Shown here piece after piece: positions 25,632 to 38,809 of a DNA stretch of 64,000 nucleotides. Numbering within the stretch: the stretch's first letter is position 1; each line of letters starts with the position of its first letter. The translations under genes were made by a program, and so were the position numbers. Source of the DNA: Lama glama (Eukaryota); NCBI GenBank assembly GCA_028534125.1, contig CM052816.1, positions 18,974,001 to 19,038,000 of the forward strand, given 5' to 3'. The notes beneath the pieces were generated by a model, which worked only from the letters and a program-made list of their open reading frames with translations, was not told the origin of the DNA and did not search any database.

Positions 25632-26014
25632 TGCCCTGGCCTGAATTGTATCTGCCCCACCCCCCAGATTCATATGTTAACACTCTAACCTCCAATGTGA
25701 CTATATTTGGAGATAGGGCTTTTAGGAGGTAATTAAGGTTACATGAGGTCATTAAGGGTGGAGTTCTAATCAGATAGGATTGGTGGCCTTAAAAGAGGAA
25801 GAGAAAATAATCTTTCTCTTTATTTCTGCCATATGATGGCACAGCCAGAAGGCAGCTGTCTGCAAGCCCGGAAGAGAGCTCTCACCAGGACCCAGCCATG
25901 CAAACACCCTAATCTCAGAACTCCGGCATCCAGAATTGTGAGAAAATAAATTTCTGTTACATAAGCCCCCCAGTCAATGACATTTTGTTATGACAGCCTG
26001 CACTGATTAATATA
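25632..26014 (+). mobile_element. MLT1A solo LTR inserted in a MIR
   Basis: tatttggagatagggcttttaggaggtaattaagg...tccagaattgtgagaaaataaatttctg; TSD CCTGG (25627-25631) / CTTGG (26015-26019). Confidence 0.9.
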
Positions 26015-27945
26015 CTTGGGCTCTCCATGCCTCAGTCTCTTCACCTTTAAAGTGGGGATAACCTTCCTCATCAAGTTGTTAGACATATTAAGGGAGCTTA
26101 GCCCACTGTCAGGCACCATGGTTAAGGTTCATACATGCAATCTATCTCCATCCTGATCACCCTTCCCTGATGATATACATTGCATCCAGTATAATTTCAG
26201 TGGGGGTGACAACCCCGGTGTAGACCCCCAAATGAAGCAGCAGTCTAGAAAAGTAGGACCTCTCAGGCTTCTAGGGTTGTAAATGACTTCTGGGAAGAGA
26301 AGACTTTAGAAAAACATTTTTCTAGTGGCTTTGTTGGTTCATCCCCTCCCTTGCTCTTAGGGGTGGAGAGAATCAGATTGGAATAAGGGAAAGGTAGCCA
26401 GCAAGAGGAAACAGCTGTAAGATGGGGCTCACCTGTGCCCCCTCCTCCCCACCCTCCAGCCCCTGTCTTACCTCAGCTCATTCTGGGGCCACACAGGGGC
26501 AGGATGCTCACACAGAGCAAGGAGAGGGCTGTTGCCTTGGGGAAGAGAAAGCCCTCAAGAGCAGGCCACTGAGCTCAAAGGAAAATAATGGGATTTTCTG
26601 GGATTCACATTGATCCCCAAAGGAGAAAAGCTTCTATTTGCCTTTTTTTAAGCCGCCAAACAAGAAACTAAAGCTTCTTTCAGCCTTGAGTCAGGGCTCT
26701 CCTTTCTGAAGTCCTTATTATCCCTGGGGCACCGGCAGAGTGGGTCGCAGTGCCCAGTCCACCATGCAGGGAGCTTTCCGCTAGGCAGAGGCCTGCCTGG
26801 TCTCCTAGCGACCCATACCCCACTGGATTGCAGGCACTGGTACCTTGACCCACAGCTCTTGACTGTGGCCTGGAGCGGGCCCAGCTCCCATCCTTGATCT
26901 GCCCAGGGATGTGTTTCCACATCTAGGAGCAAACACTCCTGGAGCAATAGCTCTCTAAGCCACCAGATGCCACACACACATCCCTTACCCCTGCTGACCA
27001 ACAGTGATGACAAGGACGGTAACAGTCACAGTAATAACAGAGCAGCTAGTTCTTGAGCAGTGTGCTGCTCCAAGCTGTCTTCCTCTCCACTTGGCCTTTC
27101 CTCTGAAGATCTCAGCGCTTGGTGGGAAACCCAAATTGCTGCTCACAGGTCAGGCCCGCTAAGTGACTGCAATGACCTTCACCTCTTGCCACGTGAGCTG
27201 TCCTCCTCACAGCCACACTCTAGATGTGGTCATCATCCATGATTGCTCCACCTCTGAAACCTCACACGTACATCCACACACACTTGCTCACACACTTATA
27301 CCCAAATACTCACTCACACACGACCACAAACACACACACAACCCAGACTCAGTCTCCAGCCTTCTCTCTGGCCAGCTCAAATACCCTCCCTCCCCTGGAC
27401 ACTCTCCCACCCCAATTGCTCTCCGCATCCCTGGCTGACTTCCTCACACTTAACCAAGTGAATTCATTTTCCCCTCCCCACTCCAGCCTGGTCCACTTCC
27501 ACCCACCAGTCACCATCCCAGGAACCTCAGAGGCCTCCTCCCCTCTTGCCTGCTCTCCTCCTCATCTTCCCTTGCCTTGCCTTTCTAAACATTTCAGTTT
27601 AGAAGCTGAACTATATTATAGTGCAGTTCAAATTCCACACTGTACCTGGAGATAAAGCAAAAATTATTCTTTTTGAGGGGCACAGGCACATGACTTTAGA
27701 CTTGCCCTCTTTCCAGTGCCAGCCCTTGACAGTGTACACATGCACATGCATACACCTGTGCACACACACATAGGCATGCTGCTGTATTTCATCCCTGAGC
27801 TCTGCTCATCCAGTCTCCTCTGTCTGGAAGGTCCTTCCCCCTCCTCTGTGAAAGGCCAGCCCCAATTCATCTTTTAAGCACATCAGGTGCTACTTTCTCC
27901 AAGAAACCTCTCTATGCCCATCATCCCTCCCCTGTGTCATGTGTC

Positions 27946-28285
27946 TGTGGTAGAGACTGCTGGTTGTCTTTTCTTCTCTCACAGTAATAGAATTTCTAGC
28001 TTGGTAAATAGTCAAGAGAAAAACTACATTGCCCAGCCTCCACTGTAGCTAGATGTGTCATGTGACTAAGTTCTGGCCAATGGAATGTAACCAAAAGCAG
28101 CACATGGCAGCCTCCAGGAATTATGGTCTTAGACAAAGAGATGAAAGCCACAGGCTAGGAAGGGAAGGAACTTGATTCCTGAGGGTTTCATGGAACAGAG
28201 CTGCCACATTAGTCATGGATGCAAAACCTGGAGAGAGATTTTTATCTTGTTTAAGCAACTCTTGTTTTGGGTTTTGTATCAGTCC
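27946..28285 (+). mobile_element. MLT1J-like LTR within an L2 fragment
   Basis: tgtggtagagactgctggttg...catgtgactaagttctggccaatggaatgtaa...tatcttgtttaagc; L2 sequence on both sides (about 27780-28490). Confidence 0.75.
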
Positions 28286-28579
28286 ATAAAGTGTCTTTCT
28301 CTGGTGCTCACCTTAGAGCATAGGCATATTTCTATCAGGATACCAATCACATTGTGATACAGTCACTTTTCATGGGTCTCCCCCAACTAGATACTGAGCT
28401 ACCTGAGGCCAGGTGCTGTGTCTAAGGCAACACTGTATCCCCACAGTCTCGAGCATGGTAAGCATGCAATAATGAATGGATGAACAAATGGATGCTTGAT
28501 GATTAGACAGGCAGATTTGGAATGAAAGCCTGGTCTAGAGAAGGTAACTGCTCAATGCAATAATACAGAGGAACTGCTT

Positions 28580-29237
28580 CTAGTCTCAGTTTACATGCCA
28601 GCTCAGATCTGCCCACTTGCCTTGCCTTCTGCATTGCCTTGTTTCAGTGTCTATTTCTGTTCCCTCCTGTCACTCAAAACGCAACCAGACCTGAGCCCTT
28701 ACCCAGGGACTTCCCATGCAGGCACAGTAACCAGTGCATCCCCCAAGGCCTGTGAGGTTGCAGACTACAGGTGGGCGGGCAGGGAGCACCCCTGCTGTGT
28801 GCTGGCTCACCAGCTCACCCAGCATGCTGCGAAGCTGCTGACGGCACTGCTGCTGTCTTGGCATGTGGCTTCCCTGGTGACTGCCAGAGGACCAGGAAGC
28901 ACAGCCCAGAAAAACAGGGGAATTAATGTTCTGAGGGAGTGAACTTTGCCAATGAGAAACAGAAGTCAGCAGACAAATTCTTCTCCCTTTCTCCTCGGGA
29001 CTGTTTGGAGACCTAGTAGCCTCATGCAGCCTCCCTGAAGATGTCTTGCAAGATCAAGCAGCCAGGTGTGTTGGTAACATGCCATGGCCAGCTCACAACA
29101 CTCTTCCTTACATTTGTTCTCCCTCCTTTCCTCCTTCACTCCACTCTCCCCTTACTCCTACTTTCCTGGGATTGAACTCAGGAAGGGTCAACACTTGAGT
29201 TTTGTGCTCTATTTTCTAAGGACACCTGTGGGTATCA
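28580..29237 (+). mobile_element. ERVL LTR (LTR41/LTR33 group)
   Basis: ggaattaatgttctgagggagtgaactttgccaatgagaaacag...cagacaaattcttctccc...tgctctattttctaagg. Confidence 0.6.
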
Positions 29238-29479
29238 TGCTTGGGGAAAGTGAGAAATCTGGTATGGTCAGAAAGCAGGGGAGTGACATGATACGAAGCT
29301 GGTAAAGTCACCTGGTGCTGGTGAGGCTCCCAGAAGTGACTGGTTGCCAGGCCAGGAGTCTGCTTCTTTTTGAGGCCACTTGGAAACCATGAGGACCATG
29401 GCCGCCACCACCAGGTAGACGTCTGCATTGTTCCTATCACAAGCTGGCCAGAGACTTCTCTTACTTTCTATCCTGTCAT

Positions 29480-29990
29480 GAAAGCAAGGACTTCCATGAT
29501 GTGCAAGTGTGGGCAGAGAAGATTGGATAAGCCACAAATGAGACTTCCTTTAGCTCACCATTTCACTTTTAAGAAAATATCTTCAGGTCTACCCTCACAT
29601 GCGTGCAAAGTTGAATGTATAAGAGACTCAAGGCAGGCCAGTTAGATTCCTTTCCAGGACCTTTGCTAGAATTAATGAGAAATCAACAACCTCTTTTCTG
29701 CTGAAATGGTTTAGCACATAGGGTGTAAGCCTGGTGGCTGTCTTGCCTTCACTTGGGGAGAGCCTGTCTGAGAACAAAGGAATACAGAAAGGAGCAAAGC
29801 CAAGAAATGGAAAAAAAGAGAGAGAGAGAGAGAGAGGGAGGGAGGGAGGGATGGCTGAAGTTATCACAGGAGAACCAGGATTCTGCTGTTGAAGTTGAAG
29901 CCAGACTCAAGACTTTTCAGCTACTTTAATAAATTCCCATTTTCAGTAAAGCCAGTTTGCATTAGGCCTCTTTGCGGATTAAAAAATGCA
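29480..29990 (+). mobile_element. MLT1K/L-like LTR with (GA)n tract
   Basis: ggggagagcctgtctgagaac...gacttttcagct...aataaattccc...aagccagtttg. Confidence 0.6.
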
Positions 29991-31469
29991 CTCATCAATC
30001 CAGTGTACAAGGATGTTTATGGTGGTATTGTTGTAATAGCAAAACTGTGGCACTAGGTAAATACCCCTCATAGTACCTTACTTAAATAAACTGAAGTGTG
30101 TGCACATGATGGAATGAAGCAGTCATCACAAACGACCACATGGAAAGACGCCCATGCTGTATCATTAAGTGAAAAAGGTAAGGAGTAGAATAGATAGTTG
30201 TAGAATGATATTCCCCAATACATGTGTGATTTTTAAAGGATGGACACACATACACACGGGCACACTGTACACACATTTGCTTGCATTTGCATGCCATTTT
30301 CTGGAAGTCACACACACAGGAGTTTGTTACTCAACACAGTTCTCATGTATGTACATTCGGAGTGCACTCAGTAAATGCCCTATTCCAACAGCTACATGTG
30401 TATTATCTCACTTTATCTTCACACCATAGGCATCTCCATCAGGAGGGGTGATTCATTTTTTTCACCCCATTTCCTTCCATACTGCTTGCTTATTCATAAA
30501 AATCACACACATGCAGGGCAGTATAATGAAAGAAGGGCTTGGAGAGGACTTTCGGCGGTCCCTCTGAGTGGTGCAGCAGCTGGAACAAGTCGGCTTGGCT
30601 GAGGGAACATCTCTGTGGCTCAGACAGGAAACTGAGGGTCGCAGCAGAGGCCCCATGTCCCCTTGGGCCCTACATCTGCCTGTGCAGGGCCTGAGCTGCT
30701 GGGTGGCCCACTCTCTCCCTTGTCCACGCAGGATACTGACCATCACCTAGCTTTAAGGAAGTCAGCCTCCAATCCCTGGTCCAAGGAGTCAGAGGGCATC
30801 TGAAGCCCCCAGAACAGAGCTGACCCAGCTGGGAGGAAAGCACACTGCCCTTGCTATGAAGGACATGGCCTCAGATGTTCAGTGGGGTGTCTGCCATACA
30901 GGGGCTCCCCAAAAGGGGCATAATGCCCAGACCTTGTTCCCAGAGCTATGCCCTTTTTGGGGGATGAGAGACTCCCTGGAGGCCATGATGCTGCTGCATG
31001 ATCTGACCACTGGAGGAGGAAGAGTTGGCCGTGTGGAGAGCACCCCGCTCTCTTTATTTGGACCCTCGTGCACCAGCCCTGTCTCAGGATTATCTCTGAG
31101 CTCAGCGTTTCCTGTGTATCAGGTGGGTGGTCAGCCCTGAGAGGACACAAGGCAGTGGGGGGGGCAGTGGGGAGCCCTCCTCAGGCCTCCATTAACCCTT
31201 TCAGGGCAAGATTCACCTGAGCTGCCCTCACCCCGCACCCCCCCAGATGCTTTCATCCCTCTCCCTCACAGACATGATAATGCCTGTTGCCCCCACCCCC
31301 ATCCCACCTTCAGCCCCAACTGGGTGATGACTCTGAATGCTTTGACACCACCACCTTCTGTTCCCAAGGCATGCCTTCCCAGGAAGCCCAGCATGGCCAG
31401 GCTGAAAGTTCGAGTTTGGCATCCAAGACCTGTGGGTTCAAATCTTAGGTCCATCACTTTCTGCTTGTA

Positions 31470-32030
31470 TGCATTCATTAAACATTAACTGAGTGCCTAC
31501 TCTGTGCCAGACTGTATGCTAAGACCTGGAAATAAGGTGGTGAGATGAAAACAATACAGGCCCTGCCCTCATGGAGCTCAGAATCTGGTGGGAAGAGAGA
31601 TTTTTAACAGATTGTTTGTGTGGATTTTTTGGTGAGTGTCTTAGTAGTGTAAGAGCCACAAAAGAGAGGCACAGGGGCAGAGACTTGTGGGTGGGGGAAT
31701 TCTGACCTGGTCAAGGGGACAGGCTACTTGGAGGAAGGATACATGGCAGCTCATTTTGGAAGAGGGGGGCAAAAGAAGTTCTACTCAGCAGGAATGGTAT
31801 ATGCAAATGCCCTGTGGTTAGGGAGAGAGTGCTACACACTAGGGGCTGAAAGGAAGGCCAGTGTGTTTCTAGTGAGGAAAATATGAGGGAGAGTGAAGTG
31901 AGAGATGAAGCCGGACAGATCAGCAGGGACCAGAGCCATGGAGAGCCACTAGGGGAGGGGCAACATGAGGCAGGGGCTCCCAAGATCAGCTTTTGTTTTT
32001 AAAAGACCATTCTGGCTGCAGACAATGTAG
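31470..32030 (-). mobile_element. L2 LINE 3' fragment
   Basis: cattcattaaacattaactgagtgcctactctgtgccagactgt...ccctgccctcatggagctca...tgcaaatgccctgtgg. Confidence 0.8.
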
Positions 32031-33715
32031 GTGTGCAGCCTGAATAAGTCACACATCTCAGAACCTCAGGTTTCTGCTCTGTTAAATAGTAATAGTACTG
32101 TTCCTGCATTTGAGGTCATTGAGAGGGTAAATGAGCTCCTGTGTAAAGCAGTAAACACACTGCAGGGCCCACGGTAACAGCCCAACCCACAAGAGCTGCT
32201 AGCACTGGGGACTGAGGCTGTTCTGGGGCCTCGGGGTAGGCGGATAGCAAAGCTGAGAAGTGGGTCCTGCTCATGGGGTCTCCGACTCCTCATTTTACTG
32301 AGGGGGAAAAATGCTTCCTGTAGGGTGGATGCTGCTGCCATGGCTTCTCCAGAGAAGGAACTGGAAGCTTTCCACACACACACAAAAGTGAATCCAAGAG
32401 ATGAAGACCTAGCCAAGAACCCATGGCCCACAGGAAGGGCAGAGAGGAAGAGAAGGAGGGAGAGGCTGAGAGGGCAAAGGGTGGATGGGGCCTTGGCCTC
32501 TCTGCAGAGATATGGCTCACACAGGCCTCAGTTCAGGAGCAGGTAGGTCAGGGCTGTTGCCATTTTGCAAACAAGGAAACTGAGGCATGAAAGGTGAAGT
32601 CACTTACTCAGAACCATTCAGCTGGTGAGTGGCCAGGCAGGCTGTAAGCCCAGACTGTTTACTTTCAGAGCCTGCAACCACTGAGCCAGATTCACACCAG
32701 CAAGGAGGGGCAGGCGTCCAGGGAGGGCCAAAGAGGCTAAGAGGAAAAGAGGTGGGGGATGGAAGGACCCCGCCCACCCCAGAGCTGCGTACACTGTCCT
32801 TCCCAGTGCCAGATTAATCAGCTGCCCTGGGTGTCTGGGCAAGCGTGTCCTTTCAGTTCCTTCTCTCCTCAGCCCATGTTGTTCTGCAGGAAGTCCTGCC
32901 CCTGACACCTGACAGAACAGAAGGCTTCTGGGAGGAGGGGTCAGTGATGCCAAGCCTTGAAGGATGGGCGTGGGTCAGCAAGGCCATCCCAGGTGGAAGT
33001 GCATCAGATCAAAGGGCTGGAGGCAGGTGTGGGAATTGCAGAACAGGACTGGGGATAGGGAACAGCCTGGCTGGGCTAGGATGAAGGGAGGTCAGGAGAG
33101 GGGATGCTGGGAGGCGCTCTTGGTGCCAGTTCCTGGGGCACCTTAAGTATCAAGCTAAGGAGTTGATGGTTCATCCCGCAGACTACTGTGCATGAGTGGA
33201 AAACTCACAGGATAAAGTTGCCCCTTCATTATCCAGATGGACTTGGGGAAGGGGGAGCAGAAACCAGGTCAATGCCTTGGAGGCCCACTGGGGCAGGTGC
33301 CTGCCTGGCGGCTGGAGGGCAGGACGAGGCAGGTGCTGAGGCTTTGGCCCAGGCCAGCCCCCCTCTCAGCAAAGGCAGCTCCAAGGCCTGATTCTGGCCC
33401 AGCCAGCTTCCCTGCTGATGGCCTGTGCCCCTCTCCCCCCTAAGGCTAATCAGCTTAGGATGGCAGCAAATGAAGCCTCCAGAATGGCAGGGCCCTCACT
33501 TTCTGCAGCTACAAATTAACACTTCAATTAAAAGCCAGCCAAGCCAGACCTGACATCCACACTCTCGCTGGGTGAGGATTTAATTAAGACGTGGTGGGGA
33601 GGTGGCAGGGGAGGAGGTGACCTTGGGAAGCCCCACCTTGAGCTGATCAACCTATAGGTCAACCTATTGTTTCCAGCTCAGACCGTGGGCTGGAGACCAC
33701 CGGGTACTCAGGAGG

Positions 33716-33900
33716 CAGCAGAGTTTCTCAAGGTGCAACAGAATCTCCTTCAAAGGGGTGGGTGGCTTGTCAAAAATGCCCGCTCTTGAGCCCCACCCCA
33801 GGGCCACTGAACCTGGCTGCTGGGGATGGGCCCAGGGGTCTGCATTGTTCCACATTCCAAGGGTGGGTGCTGATGTTCATGAGTGTTTGAGAACCACTGC
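33716..33900. mobile_element. MER5A (hAT-Charlie)
   Basis: cagagtttctcaag...ccccacccca...atgggcccagg...tttgagaaccactg. Confidence 0.75.
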
Positions 33901-34107
33901 TTTGGGAGGTTGTGAAAGCAATGTAGTGGACCAGGATGATGGGCATTTTGAACAATGGAATGAAATGGAATGGAATATCAGAACAGAAAACACTGAAGGG
34001 CATTGCAAAGAGTGGGAGGAAATGTTATTTTGTGAAACTTTTTCTTTAGTTATGTATCTGTGTATCAGGCTGCTATGAAATAAATATATGTACACACTAC
34101 ATACATA

Positions 34108-34324
34108 CAGTTGACCCTTGTACAACACAGGTTTGATCTGTACCGGTCCACTTACACATGTTTTTTTTTTTCAACAAATATCTACACAGTAGTACATAAC
34201 CCGAGGTTGGCTGAATCCTCAGATGCAGAACTCGGATACAGAGGGCCAACTGTAAACTTATACGTGGATTTTTGACTGCTCAGGGTCGCAACCCCTAAGC
34301 CCCACATTGTTCAAGGGTCAACAG
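34108..34324. mobile_element. MER8-like TcMar-Tigger MITE nested in a hAT-Charlie fragment (about 33900-34378)
   Basis: TIRs CAGTTGACCCTTGTACAA ... TTGTTCAAGGGTCAACAG with TA duplicated on both sides. Confidence 0.85.
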
Positions 34325-34979
34325 TACTTATATTTTACTGTGAGTTTCAGTGAAAAAAAAAAAGTTTGAAAACCCTCACCCACAACTCTTCAGCAACAAA
34401 GAGGTGCCAGCACCCGGTTCAGAGATGAGCCCAGCAGTGAGGCCTTACCAAAGCTGCTCCTCCAAGCCTATTGATGTGAAACAAAACATCACGCCTACTG
34501 GCAGCCTCCTCTCTCCCAGAAGTCATCTGCACACAGGTGGAAGGGAGCTGCTCCTGGGGGTAATGGCCCCGTTCTGGGCCCAGGTTGGGGCAGGTGTTGG
34601 AAAGGGGACCTCAAAAGAGAGTGAAGCTGGGGCTTGTATTGATGGCAAATGCAGAGCCCCCAGGCCAGCCTCTCAGACAGCCTCTATGCCTGGGGTAATA
34701 CCAAGAGGTCAGCAGCCACACCTACACCTGCCATAGCTCACAGCCTGCTTGGGAGAAAGAAGACAGCTCAGGAAAGGGCCTGAACACATCGCAAAGTGCA
34801 GCGCAGAGGGAGGAATGGATGGAGGGAAGGCCTGGGTGATGTAGGAGGGTGGGTGGGTAGGCAGGCTGTCTTCCCTAGTGCCACATTCCCCAGGCCCTGC
34901 AAGGCCACCCATCCTTGCCCTCTCTGCCTTGGAAATCCCTTTGAGCTTGGGAGGGCAGATGGGGGTCAGAGAGTGATGA

Positions 34980-35594
34980 GCCCCGGCCCCAACTCCGTTT
35001 GAAATCGAAGCATCCTGGGCCAGGGGCGAGGACTGCGAGGTGGGGTCACCACCTCCAGGGCAGCGGCATCCTCCAGCCAGGCCGGCCCGTTGCTAGGGCC
35101 CCTCTTCCGAGGCATCAGGTTATAGGGCCGCGTGGAGCAGCCCATCTGCCGGCTAACTTCTCACTTTCCCCCCTAAGGCTGCCTGTGACCCGGCTCCCCA
35201 GGCTCTGGCCCGTGTGTAAAGTGGCGGGGGGCCTTTATTCCCACAGAGCCCCTTCCCAGCAGCTCAGCAGCCAAACTGCTCTTGGATTACATTTTGATGA
35301 GTTTTCAATTTAGGCCCGCAGACAAGGGAAGGGAGGGGATGGGGGTGAGGGGGTGGGGGCAGGTGGGGGCGGGCAGGGGAGCGGGCGGAATAAATGCAAC
35401 AGATGGGTCCAATTGTGCTGCCCAGGCAAATGAAGGAAGACATCTGTAGCTCCCGAATACTGGTGGTCTGAAACGCAATTAGCCCTCTGTGAAAGGGGCC
35501 CCTCACAGCCCCCTCGGCCAATCCCCTCCGAGGCACTGCTCACGTTACAATGGCCTTGACCACAATCCATTGAGCAGAAAAAGGAAAAAAAGAA

Positions 35595-35627
<33 letters not shown>

Positions 35628-35650
35628 TAATCCAGGAGTTGCTGGGCGGT
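34980..35650. promoter_or_regulatory. Candidate developmental enhancer
   Basis: Repeat-free, CpG-retaining; three CAGATG/CATCTG E-boxes, SIX-like TCAGGTTA, GGATTA, SOX-like ACAAT sites. Confidence 0.5.
35577..35624 (+). repeat. (GAAA)n microsatellite
   Basis: gaaaaaggaaaaaaagaaaagaaagaaagaaagaaagaaagaaagaaa. Confidence 0.9.
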
Positions 35651-36455
35651 GGGGCTGCAAGGAGAGGTTGCTATGCTGGAAAGGAGAGGTTCCTTGCATT
35701 TCTGCTTTCCTTTTTTGCTTCTCAAAGTATCTACTGTAGGATCTTATGAAAGAGAAGGAGAGAGGGGAGTATCTTAATTTTTGGCTTGGTGAGGCTAAGT
35801 GGTCTCACATCTTGAGTGGTTATGAATCTGCAGATTACTCAGAAACCTCAGTTTTCTACTGACTTGTTTGGAAAATAATGAAGACACAAGCCCCTGCAGC
35901 TGAGAATGGGCCCCAGCTCCCGCCCCCTGAGGGGTGAGAAAGTTATGTGATGAGACCCCTTCTGCAACTGATAATTATAATGGCTGCTGTGAGTTCCAGA
36001 GACTTGTCCTGTGTAGCTGGACACATGTGATTTCTGCCTGGCTCTTCTGAGGACCTGCCCCTTCTCCGCTCTTGGGAGCCCAACTGGAGAGCTGGGACAG
36101 GACCGGGGCCTTCTTTGTCCCTGCGTTTATATGATTGGTGGTGCTTGGCAGAAGAGGGGGGAAGCCCAGCACAATGGGGCTCCAGGGGCTTAAAGGACCT
36201 TTAAATTATCCTCCTGGCTTTGTCCCCGGGCCCTCTGGTGGCCCATCAGGGAGGTGGCAGCCCCGCCCAAGGAGGTGAAAGGAAGTCCACATTCTGGAGA
36301 CCCCTTCTTGGGTTTCTGCTGCCCTGACTGGTCAGAGCCATCAGGCGGCCAAGCCTGAGTCACAGGGGCCCCTCCAGGACACACACCCGGCAGCTCAGTG
36401 CTGCCTTTACGGACAAGAATCTCTATAGCTCAGGACAAGAGTGGGCATGCTCCTG

Positions 36456-37030
36456 TTTTTGTTTTTTCTATTGTGGTAAAATATACATAAGATTTACCAC
36501 TTTTAAGTGTACAGTTCAGTGGCATTAAGTTCAGTCACGCTGAACCATCACCGCCATCCCTCTCTAGAACTTTTTCATCTTCCCACATAGGAACTCTGCA
36601 CCACTAAGCAATAACTCCCCAGTTTCCCCTCTCCCCAGCCTCTGGCCACTACCATTCTACTTTCCATCTCTGTGCATTTGACTACTCTTGGTACCTCACA
36701 CAAATGGAAACATCCAGTATTTGTCCTTTTTGACCAGCTTATTTCATTTAACATAATGTCCTCAAGGCTCATGTTCACGTTGTAGCACATGTCAGAACTT
36801 CCTTCCTTTTAAAGCTGAATAATATTCTGTTGTATATGTCCAGAACCACATTTTGTCTTTTCATTCATTGATGGACATTTGGGTTGTTTGCACTTTTTGG
36901 CTATTGTGAGAAATGCTGCTATGAACATGGGTGTACAAGTATCTGTCTGAGCCCCTGCTTCCAGTTCTTTTGGGTAAATACCCAGAAGTGGAATTGTTGG
37001 CTCACGTGGTAATTCTATGTTGAATTTTGC
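36456..37030 (-). mobile_element. L1MB-type 3' end
   Basis: ttgtggtaaaatatacataa...aagtgtacagttcagtggcattaagt...gactactcttggtacctca...atacccagaagtggaattg. Confidence 0.9.
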
Positions 37031-38619
37031 TTTTTTTCCATTTTGTTTGTTTTTCCTTTTTACTGCAAAAAGAAAGCTCTGGAGAAATGAATTATCAGTT
37101 CAGTCCCAGGAAGATATAGTTTAAAGACCATGTTGATGATGACTTCTAACAGCCTTAGAAAACTGATGCTTGGCTTCATGTTGAATTCAGGCACTGAGCG
37201 TTCTACTTTGCTTTGGTTTAGCATCGTGTGTGATACAAATCTCAGGGTTCCCTGCAGAGAAGCTGGCTTGGGGTCACGTTCCATTTGGCTCAGGGCTCCA
37301 TCAAGGCTTGCTCACTCCAGACCCTTTCTCTTCCCAGGTCAGGCTAAAGATGTATTGGCAATCCAGCTGTTTGGAGGTATTTGTTGTTGTTGTTGCTTTT
37401 TATCATTATTCTCACGTGTGTTTAGACAAAATACTAGGTGCTTGGACTTAATTTTTTGACGCTTCACTAGCCGAGTGCTCTAAGATTCAGGGATTTCGTA
37501 ACTGGTCAGCACCTGGTGCTATGTGGCTGATCAAGGAAGCCAGACTGAAAATTCATTATCTGTGCTTGTGTGACAATCTTCATGAGAATTCCCGGTGTTT
37601 CTCTCATGGGCGTGTATGTCTTTCCTATTCTCAAATCCCGTACTTCAGATGGCAAAGAATCCATTTGAAAAAGTGGTGACCAGCCATCCCTGATTTCCTT
37701 GGATGACCTTGATTTCAAGTACTGTATGTCATTGCCAGGAAGCTTCGGCACACTCCAGAAATCCCAGAGTTTCTGCATCCAAACTCTCCCTCCCGTCCCA
37801 GAAATGGGACAAAAGTCTACGTCAGGCCATAAGCCCCAGAGTTTGGAAAAGGAAGTTGCTGGTCCCTAAGAGTCTGGGAGCCACGAGAGCCTGAGGGATG
37901 GTGAGGGAATGGCCCCCTCTCGGGAATCTTCTCCCAAGTTTCAGCCAATTCCTCCAATGAGGGCATGAAAATGCCCAAACAAGTTCTGCCTCAGGGCGTC
38001 TTGGGATAGGTCAGTCAAGCAACACCACTGCCTATGCTCAGAGCCTGGCACTGAGCTCCCTTCCAAGGGCCAACTGTCCCTCCCAAACGACCCGGACCTT
38101 CCCCCGAATTCCCCAGCAAGGCTAAGCTCTCTATTAGAAATGACCCTGACCGAATCCCTGTCAGATGTAAGGATCCAGTTGGACTGGCTGAGGAGCCAGC
38201 ATTCTGGAAGGCCATTTCTACAGGAATCCGCAGGGCTGGTCCTGGAGTATCCTTCACAGAAGCTGCAGCCCAGGCCTTGCCCACAGCTAGCACTGGCCAG
38301 CAGAAAAGGGGGCCCTGACCTGCCAGATGCAGCCATGATCTCTCCAGGAGTGGGCCTCACCCCAGGTCCTCACTGCAGTAATCTTTCACCTACTCACCTG
38401 GAACAAGGACCCACCTCCGGGCACAAGCTGCAAAGGTGCACCTGGCTTTGCTCAGCACAAGCATCTAGAATTGTGTACTTTGTATTCAGATACAGGGAAC
38501 CGTATGCGCAGGCTCTAGCATATACAGCACCTTAGGGCTCAGGAAGCACTTTGAGATGCATCCCCCACTGGAAACTCCAGCCACCCAGAGAGCCTGGGAG
38601 TACTGTCAGCACTCTTACA

Positions 38620-38805
38620 CCGTTCATTCATCACTTCTGTTTCGTGAGGCCAGACTCAGTTCGAGGCACTGAGAATTGAGCAGTGAGCAAAGCAAGACAA
38701 AGGACCTCCCCTCAAAGAACTTATCTACTAGAGGGCAGAGAGTCAGTAATCAAATAAATATCAAATAGGACTGTTAGGTAGTGATATGCGCTGTGCAGAA
38801 AAATA
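38620..38805 (-). mobile_element. L2 LINE 3' end
   Basis: ttcattcatc...ggcactgagaattgagcagtgagcaaagca...ccctcaaagaactta. Confidence 0.6.
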
Positions 38806-38809
38806 TCCC

